Made by a program: the position numbers and the translations under genes. From positions 36,632 to 100,631 of the forward strand of contig CAZWMT010000015.1 in assembly GCA_964635055.1 (NCBI GenBank): 64,000 nucleotides of DNA. Direction: 5' to 3'. This document shows positions 36,448 through 45,920 of the stretch, piece after piece. Within the stretch, counting starts at the first letter, position 1, and every line of letters begins with the position of its first letter. This stretch comes from an uncultured Microthrixaceae bacterium. GTDB taxonomy: Bacteria > Actinomycetota > Acidimicrobiia > Acidimicrobiales > DATDAH01. Below the pieces are notes generated by a model. That model was not told where the DNA came from, did not search any database, and was given only the letters and a program-made list of their open reading frames with translations.

Positions 36448-37230
36448 ATGAGCTACACCATCGACCTCGAGGGCCGGCGGGCGCTGATCACGGGCGCCGG
36501 CCAGGGCATCGGACTGACCATCGCCCACGCGCTGGCCGAGGCGGGCGCCTCCCTCGTGATCAACGACGTGCGGGCCGAGCAGGCCGACGCGGCCGTGGCG
36601 GAGCTTCAGGCCGCCGGCGCCGACGCCGTCGCACTGCCCTTCGACGTCACCGACTGGGACGACGTGTCGTCGGCCGTCGCGGGGTGCGGCGAAGTCGACA
36701 TCCTGGTCAACAACGCTGGCAACGCCGGGACCGAGGGCTACGGCAACATCGCCGACTTCGTCGACTCCGATCCCTCGGACTGGCAGCCCTTCTTCGCCGT
36801 CAACCTCTTCGGCGTCATGCACTGCACGAAGGCGGCGCTGCCGTCGATGATCGACGGTGGGTGGGGGCGGGTGATCACGATCGTCTCGGACGCCGCCCGC
36901 TTCGGGAACGCCAAGCTGGCGCCCTACGCGGCCGCCAAGGCCGGCGCCGCGGGCTTCTCCCGCTCGATCGCCCGCGAGGTCGGCCGTCACGGGATCACGG
37001 TGAACTGCGTCAGCCTCGGGAACATCCTCACGCCGAACATGCCGGCGCCCGACGTCGAGTCCGAAGCGGGCCAGGCGCGGGAGAAGGCGTTCCTCAAGCC
37101 CTACGTGGTCCGCCGCCGGGGGAGCCCGGACGACGTCGCCCCGATGGTGGCCTACCTGGCCAGCCCGTACGCCGACTGGATCACCGGCCAGACCTATGGC
37201 GTCGACGGTGGCTACGTCTTCGGCCTCTGA
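36448..37230 (+). CDS. SDR family oxidoreductase
   Basis: RRALITGAGQGIGLTIA; NNAGNAG; YAAAKAGAAG. Confidence 0.9.
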   Translation: MSYTIDLEGRRALITGAGQGIGLTIAHALAEAGASLVINDVRAEQADAAVAELQAAGADAVALPFDVTDWDDVSSAVAGCGEVDILVNNAGNAGTEGYGNIADFVDSDPSDWQPFFAVNLFGVMHCTKAALPSMIDGGWGRVITIVSDAARFGNAKLAPYAAAKAGAAGFSRSIAREVGRHGITVNCVSLGNILTPNMPAPDVESEAGQAREKAFLKPYVVRRRGSPDDVAPMVAYLASPYADWITGQTYGVDGGYVFGL

Positions 37231-37234
37231 GCCC

Positions 37235-38134
37235 GTGGCCGGTCGATCGCCGGCCACTGGCGCGCCGGCCGCCGAGGGCCCGGTCGAGACCGTCGGCTTC
37301 ATCGGTCTCGGGCACATGGGCGGGGCGATGGCGCAGCGGCTCGTCGACGCCGGCTGGGCGACGGTGCTCTGGGCCCGTCGTCCTGAGGTCCTCGACGCCT
37401 TCTCCGCTGCGAACGTCGAGGTCGCCGCCACCCCCGCCGCCCTGGCCGCCGCCGCCGACCTGGTCGGTGTGTGCGTGTGGGCCGACGACGACGTGCGCGA
37501 GGTGGTCGCCGGCGAGGACGGCCTCCTCGCCGGCAGCCGACCCGGCACCGTGATCGTCATCCACTCGACGGTGGAGCCAGCGACCTGTCGTGCGCTGGCC
37601 GCGCTCGCCGCGGCCCGCGGCGTCGCCCTGCTGGACGCCCCGGTCAGCGGTGGTCGTGACGTCGCCCTCGAGGGCAAGCTCACCGTGGCCGTCGGCGGCG
37701 ACCTGCAGACGCTTCAGCGCTGCCGGCCGGTGCTGGCCGCCTTCGCCGACACGGTCGTCGCCCTCGGCGACGTCGGCGCCGGCCAGGTGGCCAAGCTGCT
37801 CAACAACGCGCTGCTCGCCGCCAACCTCACCGTCGCCGACGACGCACTCACGCTCGGCGAGGCGCTCGGCCTCGACCCCGTGGCGCTGGCGCCGTTCCTC
37901 GCCGACGGATCGGGCCGCAGCTATGGCCTCGGGGTGGCGGCGCGGGCGCGCACCACGCCCGCGACCCGCCAGGCCGCACGGCCGGCGCTCGACAAGGACC
38001 TGTCCCGCCTACGGGCCGCGATGGCACCGGACGGGGCCGACGCCGGCGCCGCCGTCGACGACCCCACGCCGCTCCTCCGCGACGCCGCCGAGGCCATCCG
38101 TCGGCTCGGCGACCCACCGCCGGGATGGGCCTGA
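37235..38134 (+). CDS. NAD(P)-dependent 3-hydroxyisobutyrate/6-phosphogluconate dehydrogenase-family oxidoreductase
   Basis: VGFIGLGHMGGAMAQRLVDAG. Start uncertain: GTG 37235 is chosen, and ATG 37196 would overlap the SDR gene by 35 nt. Confidence 0.8.
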   Translation: MAGRSPATGAPAAEGPVETVGFIGLGHMGGAMAQRLVDAGWATVLWARRPEVLDAFSAANVEVAATPAALAAAADLVGVCVWADDDVREVVAGEDGLLAGSRPGTVIVIHSTVEPATCRALAALAAARGVALLDAPVSGGRDVALEGKLTVAVGGDLQTLQRCRPVLAAFADTVVALGDVGAGQVAKLLNNALLAANLTVADDALTLGEALGLDPVALAPFLADGSGRSYGLGVAARARTTPATRQAARPALDKDLSRLRAAMAPDGADAGAAVDDPTPLLRDAAEAIRRLGDPPPGWA

Positions 38135-38222
38135 CCATGACCGCCGATCTCCCTCGTCGCCGGCACTCGCCACACGACGTCCGTCGTACGACACCCCAAC
38201 TGGTCCCACGCAAGGAGCACCC

Positions 38223-39485
38223 ATGAGCCCCACCCCGATCGACTTCCCGATCTACGACGCCGACAACCACATGTACGAGACGCGAGAGGCCTTCACCAAG
38301 CACCTGCCGCCCGAGTACGCCGGCGTCATCAAGTACGTGGAGGTGAACGGCCGCACCAAGATCGCGGTCAAGAACGTCATCTCCGACTACATCCCGAACC
38401 CCACCTTCGAGGTGGTCGCCCGGCCCGGCGCGCAGCAGGACTACTTCATGCAGGGCAACCCGGAGGGGAAGTCACCGCGGGAGATCTTCGGCGAGCCGAT
38501 GCGGGCCGAGGAGGCCTTCTTCTCGCCGGGGCCGCGCCTCGAGCGGATGGACGAGCTCGGCATCGACCGGTCGATCATGTGGCCCACGCTGGCGAGCCTG
38601 CTGGAGGAGCGCCTGAGCGACGATCCGAAGGCGACCCACGTCGTCATCCACGCCCTCAACCAGTGGATGCACGAGCAGTGGACCTTCGACTACGAGGACC
38701 GGATCTTCGCCACGCCGGTCATCACCCTCCCCATCGTCGACCGGGCCATCGAGGAACTCGAGTGGGTGGTCGAGCGGGGCGCCAAGATCGTGTTGATCCG
38801 CCCGGCGCCGGTCCCCGGCTTCGAAGGCACCCGCTCGTTCGCGTTGCCCGAGTTCGACCCCTTCTGGGAGAAGGTCGTCGAGGCGGGCATCGCCGTCGGC
38901 ATGCACGCGTCGGACGACGGGGCCACGAAGTACCTCAACGTCTGGGAGGGCTCGGGCGGCGGCGAGTACCTGCCCTTCAAGGGCCAGAACGCGTTCGAGC
39001 AGGTCTTCCGCAGCTACCACCGCGGCATCCAGGACGCCATGCAGTCGGCCATCTGCCACGGCCTGTTCACGCGGTTCCCGTCGCTACGGGTCCTGCCCGT
39101 CGAGAACGGCTCGCGCTGGGTCGGCCCGCTCCTCGACGCCCTCGCCCACACGTACGAGCGGCACCCGAAGTCGTTCGACGAGGATCCCCTCGCCGTGTTC
39201 CGCCGCAACGTCTGGGTGCACCCGTTCCACGAGGACGACCCGCTGGACATCGTCCGGCTGATCGGCGCCGACCGGGTGCTGTTCGGCTCGGACTACCCGC
39301 ACCCGGAGGGGCTCGCCCAGCCGACCAGCTACGTCGACCGCCTGGCCGGCCTGTCCCACGACGACATCGCCGAGGTGGGACGCTCGCCGGCTCAACGCAG
39401 GTGGGGGAGCACCTCGTCGGCGAAGTGGCGCAGGTCGTCGATGCCGTCGATCGCCACTTGGAGGGTGTGGACGCCGAGGTCCTGA
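38223..39485 (+). CDS. Amidohydrolase-2 family protein (paralog 3), with an aberrant C-terminus
   Basis: IDFPIYDADNHMYE...; FGSDYPHPEGL. The last approximately 30 aa (GRSPAQRRWGSTSSAKWRRSS...) are low-complexity and antisense to the next gene. Confidence 0.8.
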   Translation: MSPTPIDFPIYDADNHMYETREAFTKHLPPEYAGVIKYVEVNGRTKIAVKNVISDYIPNPTFEVVARPGAQQDYFMQGNPEGKSPREIFGEPMRAEEAFFSPGPRLERMDELGIDRSIMWPTLASLLEERLSDDPKATHVVIHALNQWMHEQWTFDYEDRIFATPVITLPIVDRAIEELEWVVERGAKIVLIRPAPVPGFEGTRSFALPEFDPFWEKVVEAGIAVGMHASDDGATKYLNVWEGSGGGEYLPFKGQNAFEQVFRSYHRGIQDAMQSAICHGLFTRFPSLRVLPVENGSRWVGPLLDALAHTYERHPKSFDEDPLAVFRRNVWVHPFHEDDPLDIVRLIGADRVLFGSDYPHPEGLAQPTSYVDRLAGLSHDDIAEVGRSPAQRRWGSTSSAKWRRSSMPSIATWRVWTPRS

Positions 39486-40264
39486 TAGCCGCGCAGGTCG
39501 TCCGCGCTGCGGGAATGCGGTGGCGCGGCGCAGTGGACGGCGAGCGACGAGGGCTCCCGGTCGTACCGGGCGAGGGCGGCGTGCACCTTCTCCAACAGTT
39601 CGGCCAGGCGGTCGGTCGACATCGCCGCGGTGATCCAGCCGTCGCCGAGCCGGGCGGCCCGGTCGATGGCGGCGCCGCTGTGGCCGCCGACCAGGATGGG
39701 GATAGGCCGCTGCACGGGTCGAGGCTCGGGGTCCATGGGGGGGAGGTCCCAGAACTCCCCGTGGAACTCCACGTGGTCGCCCGGCGCGGTCCAGATCGCC
39801 CGGAGGAGGGCGATGGCCTCGTCGACCCGGGCCCCCCGCCGGTCCCACGCCTCGTTCATGGCGTCGGCCTCCTCCTTCAGCCAGCCGGCGCCGACCCCGA
39901 ACACGAGGCGACCGTTCGCGTACTGGTCGATGGTCGCCAGCTGCCGGGCCAGCAGCACGGTGTTGCGGATGGGCAGGACGGCCACGGCGCTGCCGATGGT
40001 GATGCGCTCGGTGATCCCGGCGACGAAGGCCAGCGTGGTCATCAGCTCGTAGTTCGGGGACAGCAACTCGGACACCGCGTCGTCGTCGATCTTGGCCGGC
40101 TCCCGGGGCAGCACGTACTCGGACTCGACCCGTTGGGGCATCACGACGTGGTCGACGCCCCAGACCGAGTCGTACCCCAGTTCGTCCGCGGCGACGCACC
40201 ACTCGCGCACGAACGCCGGCGTCGCCCGCCGGCCGGTGTGGGGGATGCGGACGCCGATCTCCAC
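39392..40264 (-). CDS. LLM-class F420/flavin-dependent oxidoreductase
   Basis: MEIGVRIPHTG...LGYDSVWGVDHVV...GRLVFGVGAGWLKEE. Confidence 0.85.
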   Translation of the reverse strand: MEIGVRIPHTGRRATPAFVREWCVAADELGYDSVWGVDHVVMPQRVESEYVLPREPAKIDDDAVSELLSPNYELMTTLAFVAGITERITIGSAVAVLPIRNTVLLARQLATIDQYANGRLVFGVGAGWLKEEADAMNEAWDRRGARVDEAIALLRAIWTAPGDHVEFHGEFWDLPPMDPEPRPVQRPIPILVGGHSGAAIDRAARLGDGWITAAMSTDRLAELLEKVHAALARYDREPSSLAVHCAAPPHSRSADDLRGYQDLGVHTLQVAIDGIDDLRHFADEVLPHLR

Positions 40265-40266
40265 GG

Positions 40267-40851
40267 CTACTCCGCCGCCTGGGGCGGTGACGCCCAGAAC
40301 GCCTCGAAGGTGGGGAAGGCCTCGGGCATCCGCCCGCCCCGCTTGGGCCCCGAGGCCTCGACCTCCGCCACGGTCCGTTCGGTCCCGTGCTCGGGATGCC
40401 CGAACTCCTGGTGGTAGAACGAGCGCACGCGCCGGCGGCGGAACAGCCAGGTCCCCTCGATCCGCTCGTAGGTGTCCCAGTAGGCGAGGGCTTCGTCGAA
40501 CCAGTGGTCGGGCTCGACGACGTGGTGCTTCGCCACGCAGTAGACGACCCCGTGGGCGCGGTCGGGGAGCCCGTCGCCGCCGTGGTCTCCGTCGCCATCG
40601 TCGCTGTCGAAGTCGATGACGTGGTTGCCCACGAAGTGCATCGAGGCGTGGAACTTCCGCAGAGACTGGTCGTAGAAGCGCCTCACGCCCTCGCGCCCGG
40701 GCCCGTAGCGACCGTTGTCGACGTCCGGCGCGAACAGGTCGGCCAGGGCATCGAGGTCCTTGCCGTCCACGGCCAGTGCGTACCGCTCGGCCAACCGGCG
40801 GATGGCGTCGCGGGCGAGCAGTTCGCCCATCGCGTCCATGGTCGGGGTCAT
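40267..40851 (-). CDS. SnoaL-like / NTF2-fold protein with an Asp/Gly-rich insertion
   Basis: ARDAIRRLAERYALAVDGKDLDALADLF...; insert DFDSDDGDGDHGGDG. Start uncertain between 40851 and 40839. Confidence 0.6.
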   Translation of the reverse strand: MTPTMDAMGELLARDAIRRLAERYALAVDGKDLDALADLFAPDVDNGRYGPGREGVRRFYDQSLRKFHASMHFVGNHVIDFDSDDGDGDHGGDGLPDRAHGVVYCVAKHHVVEPDHWFDEALAYWDTYERIEGTWLFRRRRVRSFYHQEFGHPEHGTERTVAEVEASGPKRGGRMPEAFPTFEAFWASPPQAAE

Positions 40852-40867
40852 CCTCGGACCGACGACC

Positions 40868-41680
40868 TCAGCCCCTGGGCTGCACACGGCCGCCGGTCGA
40901 GTCCTCCGGGATGGTGGCCACCATGCCGCCGTCCACCAGGACGTCGCTGCCGGTCATGAAGGACGCGCCGTCCGAGGTGAGGAAGGCGACCACCGCGGCG
41001 ACCTCCTCCGGCCGGCCCCGGCGGCCGAGCGGGCTGTCCTTGATGATGTCCGCCATGATCGGGTGGCGGGACTCGTCGAGGCGGTTCATGGGCGTGTCGT
41101 TGATGCCGGGAGAGACCGAGAGGATGCGGGCGCCCCGGGCGCCCCAGGCGGCGCACAGCCGTCGGGCGGTGCGGTGGACGCCCCGCTTGGACACCGGGTA
41201 GGCGAACTGCGGCGCGTCGGGGTCGAGCCCGAGCTCGACGATGGCGTCGAAGAAGCGGTCGGACAGCGGGTCGTCCAGCACGGCCATCAGCGCGGGGTTG
41301 TCGGGCACCCGGTAGCCCGACATCGACGCGAACAGGACGGCCACCGAGCCGGGACCGAGCTTCGGCTCGACGGCGGCGAGCACCCGGGCGGTGCCGATCA
41401 GGTTCACCTCGAAGATGCGCCGACCGTCGGCCATGGAGCCGGAGAGGCCGGCGGTCTGCACGAGGGCGCCGAGCTCGTCGATGCCGGCGACGAGGGCGTC
41501 GACCTGGCCTTGATCGGTGACGTCGCAGACGGCGGCGGTCACGTGGTCGCCGAGCTCCGCAGCGACTGCCTCGACCGCCTCCAGGTTCCGGTCGGCGACG
41601 ACGAGGGAACCCCGGTCGGCGATTGCCCTCGCCACGGCCGTGCCCATGCCCGAGCCCGCGCCGATCACCACGTTCGTCAT
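40868..41680 (-). CDS. SDR family oxidoreductase
   Basis: VVIGAGSGMGTAVARAIA; YPVSKRGV; C-terminal GSDVLVDGG. Confidence 0.85.
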   Translation of the reverse strand: MTNVVIGAGSGMGTAVARAIADRGSLVVADRNLEAVEAVAAELGDHVTAAVCDVTDQGQVDALVAGIDELGALVQTAGLSGSMADGRRIFEVNLIGTARVLAAVEPKLGPGSVAVLFASMSGYRVPDNPALMAVLDDPLSDRFFDAIVELGLDPDAPQFAYPVSKRGVHRTARRLCAAWGARGARILSVSPGINDTPMNRLDESRHPIMADIIKDSPLGRRGRPEEVAAVVAFLTSDGASFMTGSDVLVDGGMVATIPEDSTGGRVQPRG

Positions 41681-42718
41681 TGCCGCTCCTCGACCTGGGT
41701 CTGCACGGTCTCATGTTGCCCCTGCGCCGAGGGCGGTGGCGCGGTGGACAGGTGGCGCTCGAGCTCGTCGAGCAGGGCGCCGACCGCCTCGAGCGCGCGG
41801 AGCGAGTCGTTGAGGTGGGTGCAGCTCGCCGGGCCGGTCAACGTGGCCGACACCCGGTCCCGGAGGCCGATCGTGGGGGTGCCGACGACGCTTGCGGCGC
41901 TGGCCGCGGCGGCGGGGCACTCCGGGAAGGGCAGCCGCCCGGGTACGGCGCCGGCCGCCACGAACCGGTGGGTGTCCCGATCCAGCTCGGCCTGCACGCC
42001 GTACTCGTGGACCGCGCTGGCGACGCCGCTGCCGTCGACGTAGCTGTCCTGCAGGTAGGTGTCGACGTGCGCGGCGCCGTCCTCGATCCACAGGTCGAGC
42101 CGGCGCAGGCGGCGCGTGGACCGAGCCACGTCGGGAGCGAGGGGGTGCCAGGCGACGGGGTCGTCGTCCCGCGACGCACGAGCGGGTGGCGGGCCGATGG
42201 TCAGCGGCGGGCCCAGGTCGGTGAAGCCCTGGACGGCGAAGCCGTCGGCCACCCAGCCGGCGCAGACGTCCACGGGAGGCATCCGACCGGGAGCCCCCGA
42301 GGCTGACCCCCTCGGCCCGCAGCACCCGCCCGCTCAGCAGCAGGGCGATCGGGAGGTCGTCGAGCACCTGGTGGCGCAGGGTGTGCGCGGCCCGGTCGTC
42401 GGGGAGGAGCTCGCCCATGGCCCGGCGGAAGCCGGAGTAGGCGACGGTCCCGACGAGGGTGTCGCCGCCCGGGAGCACCGGCTCGGCGTCGAGGGAGGCG
42501 ATCCGGCCGTCCGCGAAGTCCACCTCGACGTCGATGCGGACCTCCGCCAGCACCATCGTGTCGCCGTCGGGGGTGGTGAGGAGGTCACGACCGAGACAGC
42601 GGGCCAGCACCGGGCCGTCCAGGCCTTGCGGGCGGGTGGACACCTGGGAGGTGGTCCGGCGGATCGAGCCGGGCCGCCGCGCTGGTGTCGCGGTTGGCAG
42701 GGCGGGGTTCGATCCCAT
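41677..42718 (-). pseudogene. DUF2889-like two-repeat protein, split by an apparent frameshift near 42.28-42.34 kb
   Basis: The N-part (frame of ORF 41711..42832) reads IRRTTSQVSTRP...RDLLTTPDG...LDDLPIALLLSG. The C-part (ORF 41677..42282) reads DVCAGWVADG...RRLDLWIEDG...CPAAAASA...SCTHLND. The family call is from motif memory. Confidence 0.5.
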
Positions 42719-42763
42719 CGACGAGCACGCTACGGCACCGGATCGCTGGCCGCGCGGCCAAAG

Positions 42764-42779
42764 TGGCAGTAGACTGTCA
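42764..42779. promoter_or_regulatory. Candidate operator (site 8)
   Basis: TGGCAGTAGACTGTCA contains TAGACT (TANNNT) and ends 3 nt before the Rieske ATG (42783). It lies in the divergent gap with the DUF2889 gene. Confidence 0.6.
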
Positions 42780-42782
42780 CTT

Positions 42783-43100
42783 ATGGCGTTCGAGCGGGTC
42801 TGTGCCGCCGCCGACCTCGTAGAAGGCGACATGGCCGCCTTCTACGTCGAGGGCGTCGAGGTGCTCGTCGTGCGCGACAAGGGCGGCGAGGTCCGCGCCA
42901 TGGACGGGATCTGCCCGCACGAGGACTACCCCTTGGTGCACGGTGACTTCGACGGCACCGTCCTCTACTGCGCCAACCACGGGTGGTGCTTCGACACCGC
43001 CACCGGCCGTGGCATCAACCCACCGAGCAGCCGGCTCGAGCAGTTCGCCGTGAAGATCGACCGCGACGCGATCCTCGTCGACCCCGACGCCGGCCCATGA
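42783..43100 (+). CDS. Rieske [2Fe-2S] ferredoxin-like protein
   Basis: 105 aa. CPHEDYPL...CANHGWCF matches the CxH...CxxH Rieske ligand pattern. Confidence 0.85.
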   Translation: MAFERVCAAADLVEGDMAAFYVEGVEVLVVRDKGGEVRAMDGICPHEDYPLVHGDFDGTVLYCANHGWCFDTATGRGINPPSSRLEQFAVKIDRDAILVDPDAGP

Positions 43101-44002
43101 CCACGCTCGAGGGGCCCCGCTGCGCCGCCTGGGCGCGGGAGGTGGGCCTCGACCCGGCGGGCACGGCGCCCCGCACGGACGTGTTCGTCCTCGTGGAACA
43201 CCCGCTCCCGTGGCCGTCGGCGATCAGCGACGACCCCTTCCTGGCGGAGATCGAGCGGGTGGCTCGAGAAGCGGCGGGCCCGGAACGGACCGTGCGCGTC
43301 CAGGCCCTCGCTGTCGATGCGCCGACGACGGTCCGCAAGGTCGTGGTCTTCGCCACGGGACGCGGGCCCGTGCGCGGCTACGGCCGACTCGAGGGCGAGG
43401 GCCGGGCGGACGAACGGGTCACGATCGTCTCGACGCTCGTCGCCGCCGACCCGCCACCACCCACCCGCGGCGGCGTCACCGACGTGCTCGTGTGCACCCA
43501 CGGGACCCGCGACAGCTGTTGCGGATCACTGGGAACCCGGCTCTGGCAGACCGCGGAGCGGCGAGGCGTGCACCTCTGGCGCACGTCCCACACCGGTGGT
43601 CATCGGTTCGCGCCCACCGCCATCACGTTCCCGGACGGCTGCTACTGGGCCTTCCTCGACCCCGCCAGCCTTCAAGGGATCGTGGATCAGACGCTTGCGC
43701 CCGACCTCGCGGTGACGCACCTGCGCGGCTGCGCGGCCTTCTCGCCGGTGGTCCAGGTTGCCGACCGGGCGATCTTCGCTTCGGAGGGATGGGACTGGCT
43801 GGCGTGCGCTCGATTCGGGGAGCAGCGGGGCCCGCGCCGCGTCGAGATCTGCTTCGAGACCGCGGCGCGGGTTCGGGGCGGTTACGACGTGTGCGTCGAG
43901 AACCCACGGCAGATGCCGGTGCCGGACTGCGGCCACCTGCCCGGCCCGGAGTCCAAGGCGCAAGTCGAGTGGGCGGTCACGCGCGTCCAGGCCTGGTCGT
44001 AG
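43097..44002 (+). CDS. Sucrase/ferredoxin-like (thioredoxin-like [2Fe-2S]) family protein
   Basis: ATGA overlap with the Rieske gene. VCTHGTRDSCCGSLG and SHTGGHRFAP motifs. Confidence 0.75.
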   Translation: MTTLEGPRCAAWAREVGLDPAGTAPRTDVFVLVEHPLPWPSAISDDPFLAEIERVAREAAGPERTVRVQALAVDAPTTVRKVVVFATGRGPVRGYGRLEGEGRADERVTIVSTLVAADPPPPTRGGVTDVLVCTHGTRDSCCGSLGTRLWQTAERRGVHLWRTSHTGGHRFAPTAITFPDGCYWAFLDPASLQGIVDQTLAPDLAVTHLRGCAAFSPVVQVADRAIFASEGWDWLACARFGEQRGPRRVEICFETAARVRGGYDVCVENPRQMPVPDCGHLPGPESKAQVEWAVTRVQAWS

Positions 44003-44070
44003 CAGGGGCCGCGTGAACAGGCCCTACCTTGCACGGTGCACGACGGGATTCGACCTCAGGGGGATTGACG

Positions 44071-45018
44071 ATGAGTGAGCTGCGATTCGACGGGAAGTCC
44101 GTGGTGGTCACCGGCGCAGGCCGAGGGGTGGGTCGCTCGCACGCCCTGCAACTCGCGTCGAGGGGCGCGAGTGTGGTCGTGGCTGACCTCGGCGGCGCTC
44201 TGGAGGGCGGTGGCTCGTCGGCCGAACCAGCGCACCGGGTCGTCAAAGAGATCGAGGAGGCCGGGGGACAGGCGGTTGCCTGTCACGCGTCGGTGGCGGA
44301 GGAGGACGGCGCCGCGTCGATCATCCAGGCCGCGATCGACGCCTTCGGCAAGGTCGACGTCGTCATCAACAACGCCGGCATCGCCGCCCCGGACTGGTTC
44401 GAGGACACGCCGCTCGACCGGGTGCGCAAGATGATCGAGGTCCACTACCTGGGGACGGTGTACGTCACCCGGGCGGCCTGGCCCCACATGATGGAGGCGG
44501 GTGGCGGCCGCATCGTCAACACCTGCTCCGAGGCGGCGCTGGGGTTCGTGCCGAAAGGTGCGGCCTACGGAGGCGCCAAAGGGGCGGTGCTGGCCTTCAC
44601 ACGTGAGCTCGCGCTCGAAGCGCCGCGCCACGGCATTCGGGTCAACGCGGTGATGCCGCGGGCCCAGACGAGACTGTCGGCCCCCGAGGTCATGGCGCAC
44701 ACCTACGACGTGCCCGTGGAGCTCTTCGACTCGGGCTCTATGGACCAGTACGCGCCGGAGCTCGTGTCACCGGCCGCGGTCTATCTAGCGCACGACTCCT
44801 GTCCTCTCAACGGTGAGGTCCTCATCTCTGGTGGGGGACAGGTGATGCGCATGGCTTTCGTGTGCAACGAGGGCATTGCGAACGAAGCCATGACTGCAGA
44901 GGACGTCGCTGCGGGCCTGGACAAGATCATGGACCTCTCCGACGGCCACGAGGTGAAGGTCGAGACGCTGGCCGGCGACGAGATCTCCGCGGCCCGTGAG
45001 GAGGCGGGTACCGCCTGA
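44071..45018 (+). CDS. SDR oxidoreductase, MFE-2/Hsd4A-like type
   Basis: GKSVVVTGAGRGVGRSHALQLASRGASVVVADLGGALEGGGSS...EIEEAGGQAVA. Confidence 0.85.
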   Translation: MSELRFDGKSVVVTGAGRGVGRSHALQLASRGASVVVADLGGALEGGGSSAEPAHRVVKEIEEAGGQAVACHASVAEEDGAASIIQAAIDAFGKVDVVINNAGIAAPDWFEDTPLDRVRKMIEVHYLGTVYVTRAAWPHMMEAGGGRIVNTCSEAALGFVPKGAAYGGAKGAVLAFTRELALEAPRHGIRVNAVMPRAQTRLSAPEVMAHTYDVPVELFDSGSMDQYAPELVSPAAVYLAHDSCPLNGEVLISGGGQVMRMAFVCNEGIANEAMTAEDVAAGLDKIMDLSDGHEVKVETLAGDEISAAREEAGTA

Positions 45019-45050
45019 TCGGCGGGCCTCACCGGCCATCTCCAGGCGAC

Positions 45051-45920
45051 TCAGCCCTTCGTGTAGCGGGGGATCTGCTCCTCGGTGAGGACGGGCATCG
45101 GTGCCGCCACCTTGCGCAGAGTGCGGGCGGGCGCTTGCTCGGTCACGTTCGGCCGGCCGTGCTGCACGGCGAGGTTGTCCCACACGACGAAGTCGCCGGC
45201 CCGCCACTCGTGGTCGAGTCGGACGTCGTCTGCGTACATCACCGCGAACAACTCCTCCAGCAGCGGCTCGCTCTCGTCCTCGGGCACGTCGACGATTGCC
45301 TTCGTCATCTGCTCGCACGCGTACAGCAGCGACCGGCCCGTGCGCGGGTGCCGCAGTTCGAGGGGCTTGACCGTGCTCGGTGGATCCACCACCTCGGTGA
45401 GGATCACGTCCGTCATGTCCCCTCGCCGTACCTCGCCGGCGGTGTGCAGTGCGTGACGGCCGCGGATGCGGCCGTGGAGGTTGTCGCCCATCGCGGACCA
45501 GGCCCAGGCGGTGCTGACGAACGTCGTCGGCGCGGTTGGAGGCTCCACCTCCACCGCGTAGAGCGAGACGAGCTCACAGGGCTGCTCGGCCCACATCATG
45601 TCGGCGTGGAACTGCAGGCGACCGAACGGTGCCGCCGCCCGCTCACGACGGTTCGAGATGTACCAGCGGTCCTCCCGCGGCGTGCCCGGGCCGAGATCCT
45701 TCTGGATCAGCACCTCGGCCATGCGGAGCTGACCGGCGTGACTCAGCTCGAGATCCCGGAACACGAGGACGCCGTACCGGTCGAACGCCGTCTGCAGGTC
45801 CCGGCGCGCACCCGCGTCGTCGAGCAGCGACTCGTCGAACCGCGACACTTCGGCGCCGACGACCGGGCTGAGGGGTGCGATCTCGATCGATCCCCCTGAG
45901 GACACTTCGCTCGAGGTCAT
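45051..45920 (-). CDS. TauD/TfdA family dioxygenase (paralog 3)
   Basis: ATGA overlap with the P450 stop. IEIAPLSPVVGAEVS; LQFHADMMWAE; WDNLAVQHGR. The rest of the 812-aa listed ORF is the wrong frame of the P450 gene. Confidence 0.85.
   Translation of the reverse strand: MTSSEVSSGGSIEIAPLSPVVGAEVSRFDESLLDDAGARRDLQTAFDRYGVLVFRDLELSHAGQLRMAEVLIQKDLGPGTPREDRWYISNRRERAAAPFGRLQFHADMMWAEQPCELVSLYAVEVEPPTAPTTFVSTAWAWSAMGDNLHGRIRGRHALHTAGEVRRGDMTDVILTEVVDPPSTVKPLELRHPRTGRSLLYACEQMTKAIVDVPEDESEPLLEELFAVMYADDVRLDHEWRAGDFVVWDNLAVQHGRPNVTEQAPARTLRKVAAPMPVLTEEQIPRYTKG

Noticed and set aside
44028-44040. The palindrome TGCACGGTGCA upstream of SDR 44071 as another operator family.
   Set aside because: It is a single occurrence with short 5-bp arms in GC-rich DNA and could easily arise by chance. 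It is not reported as a feature.
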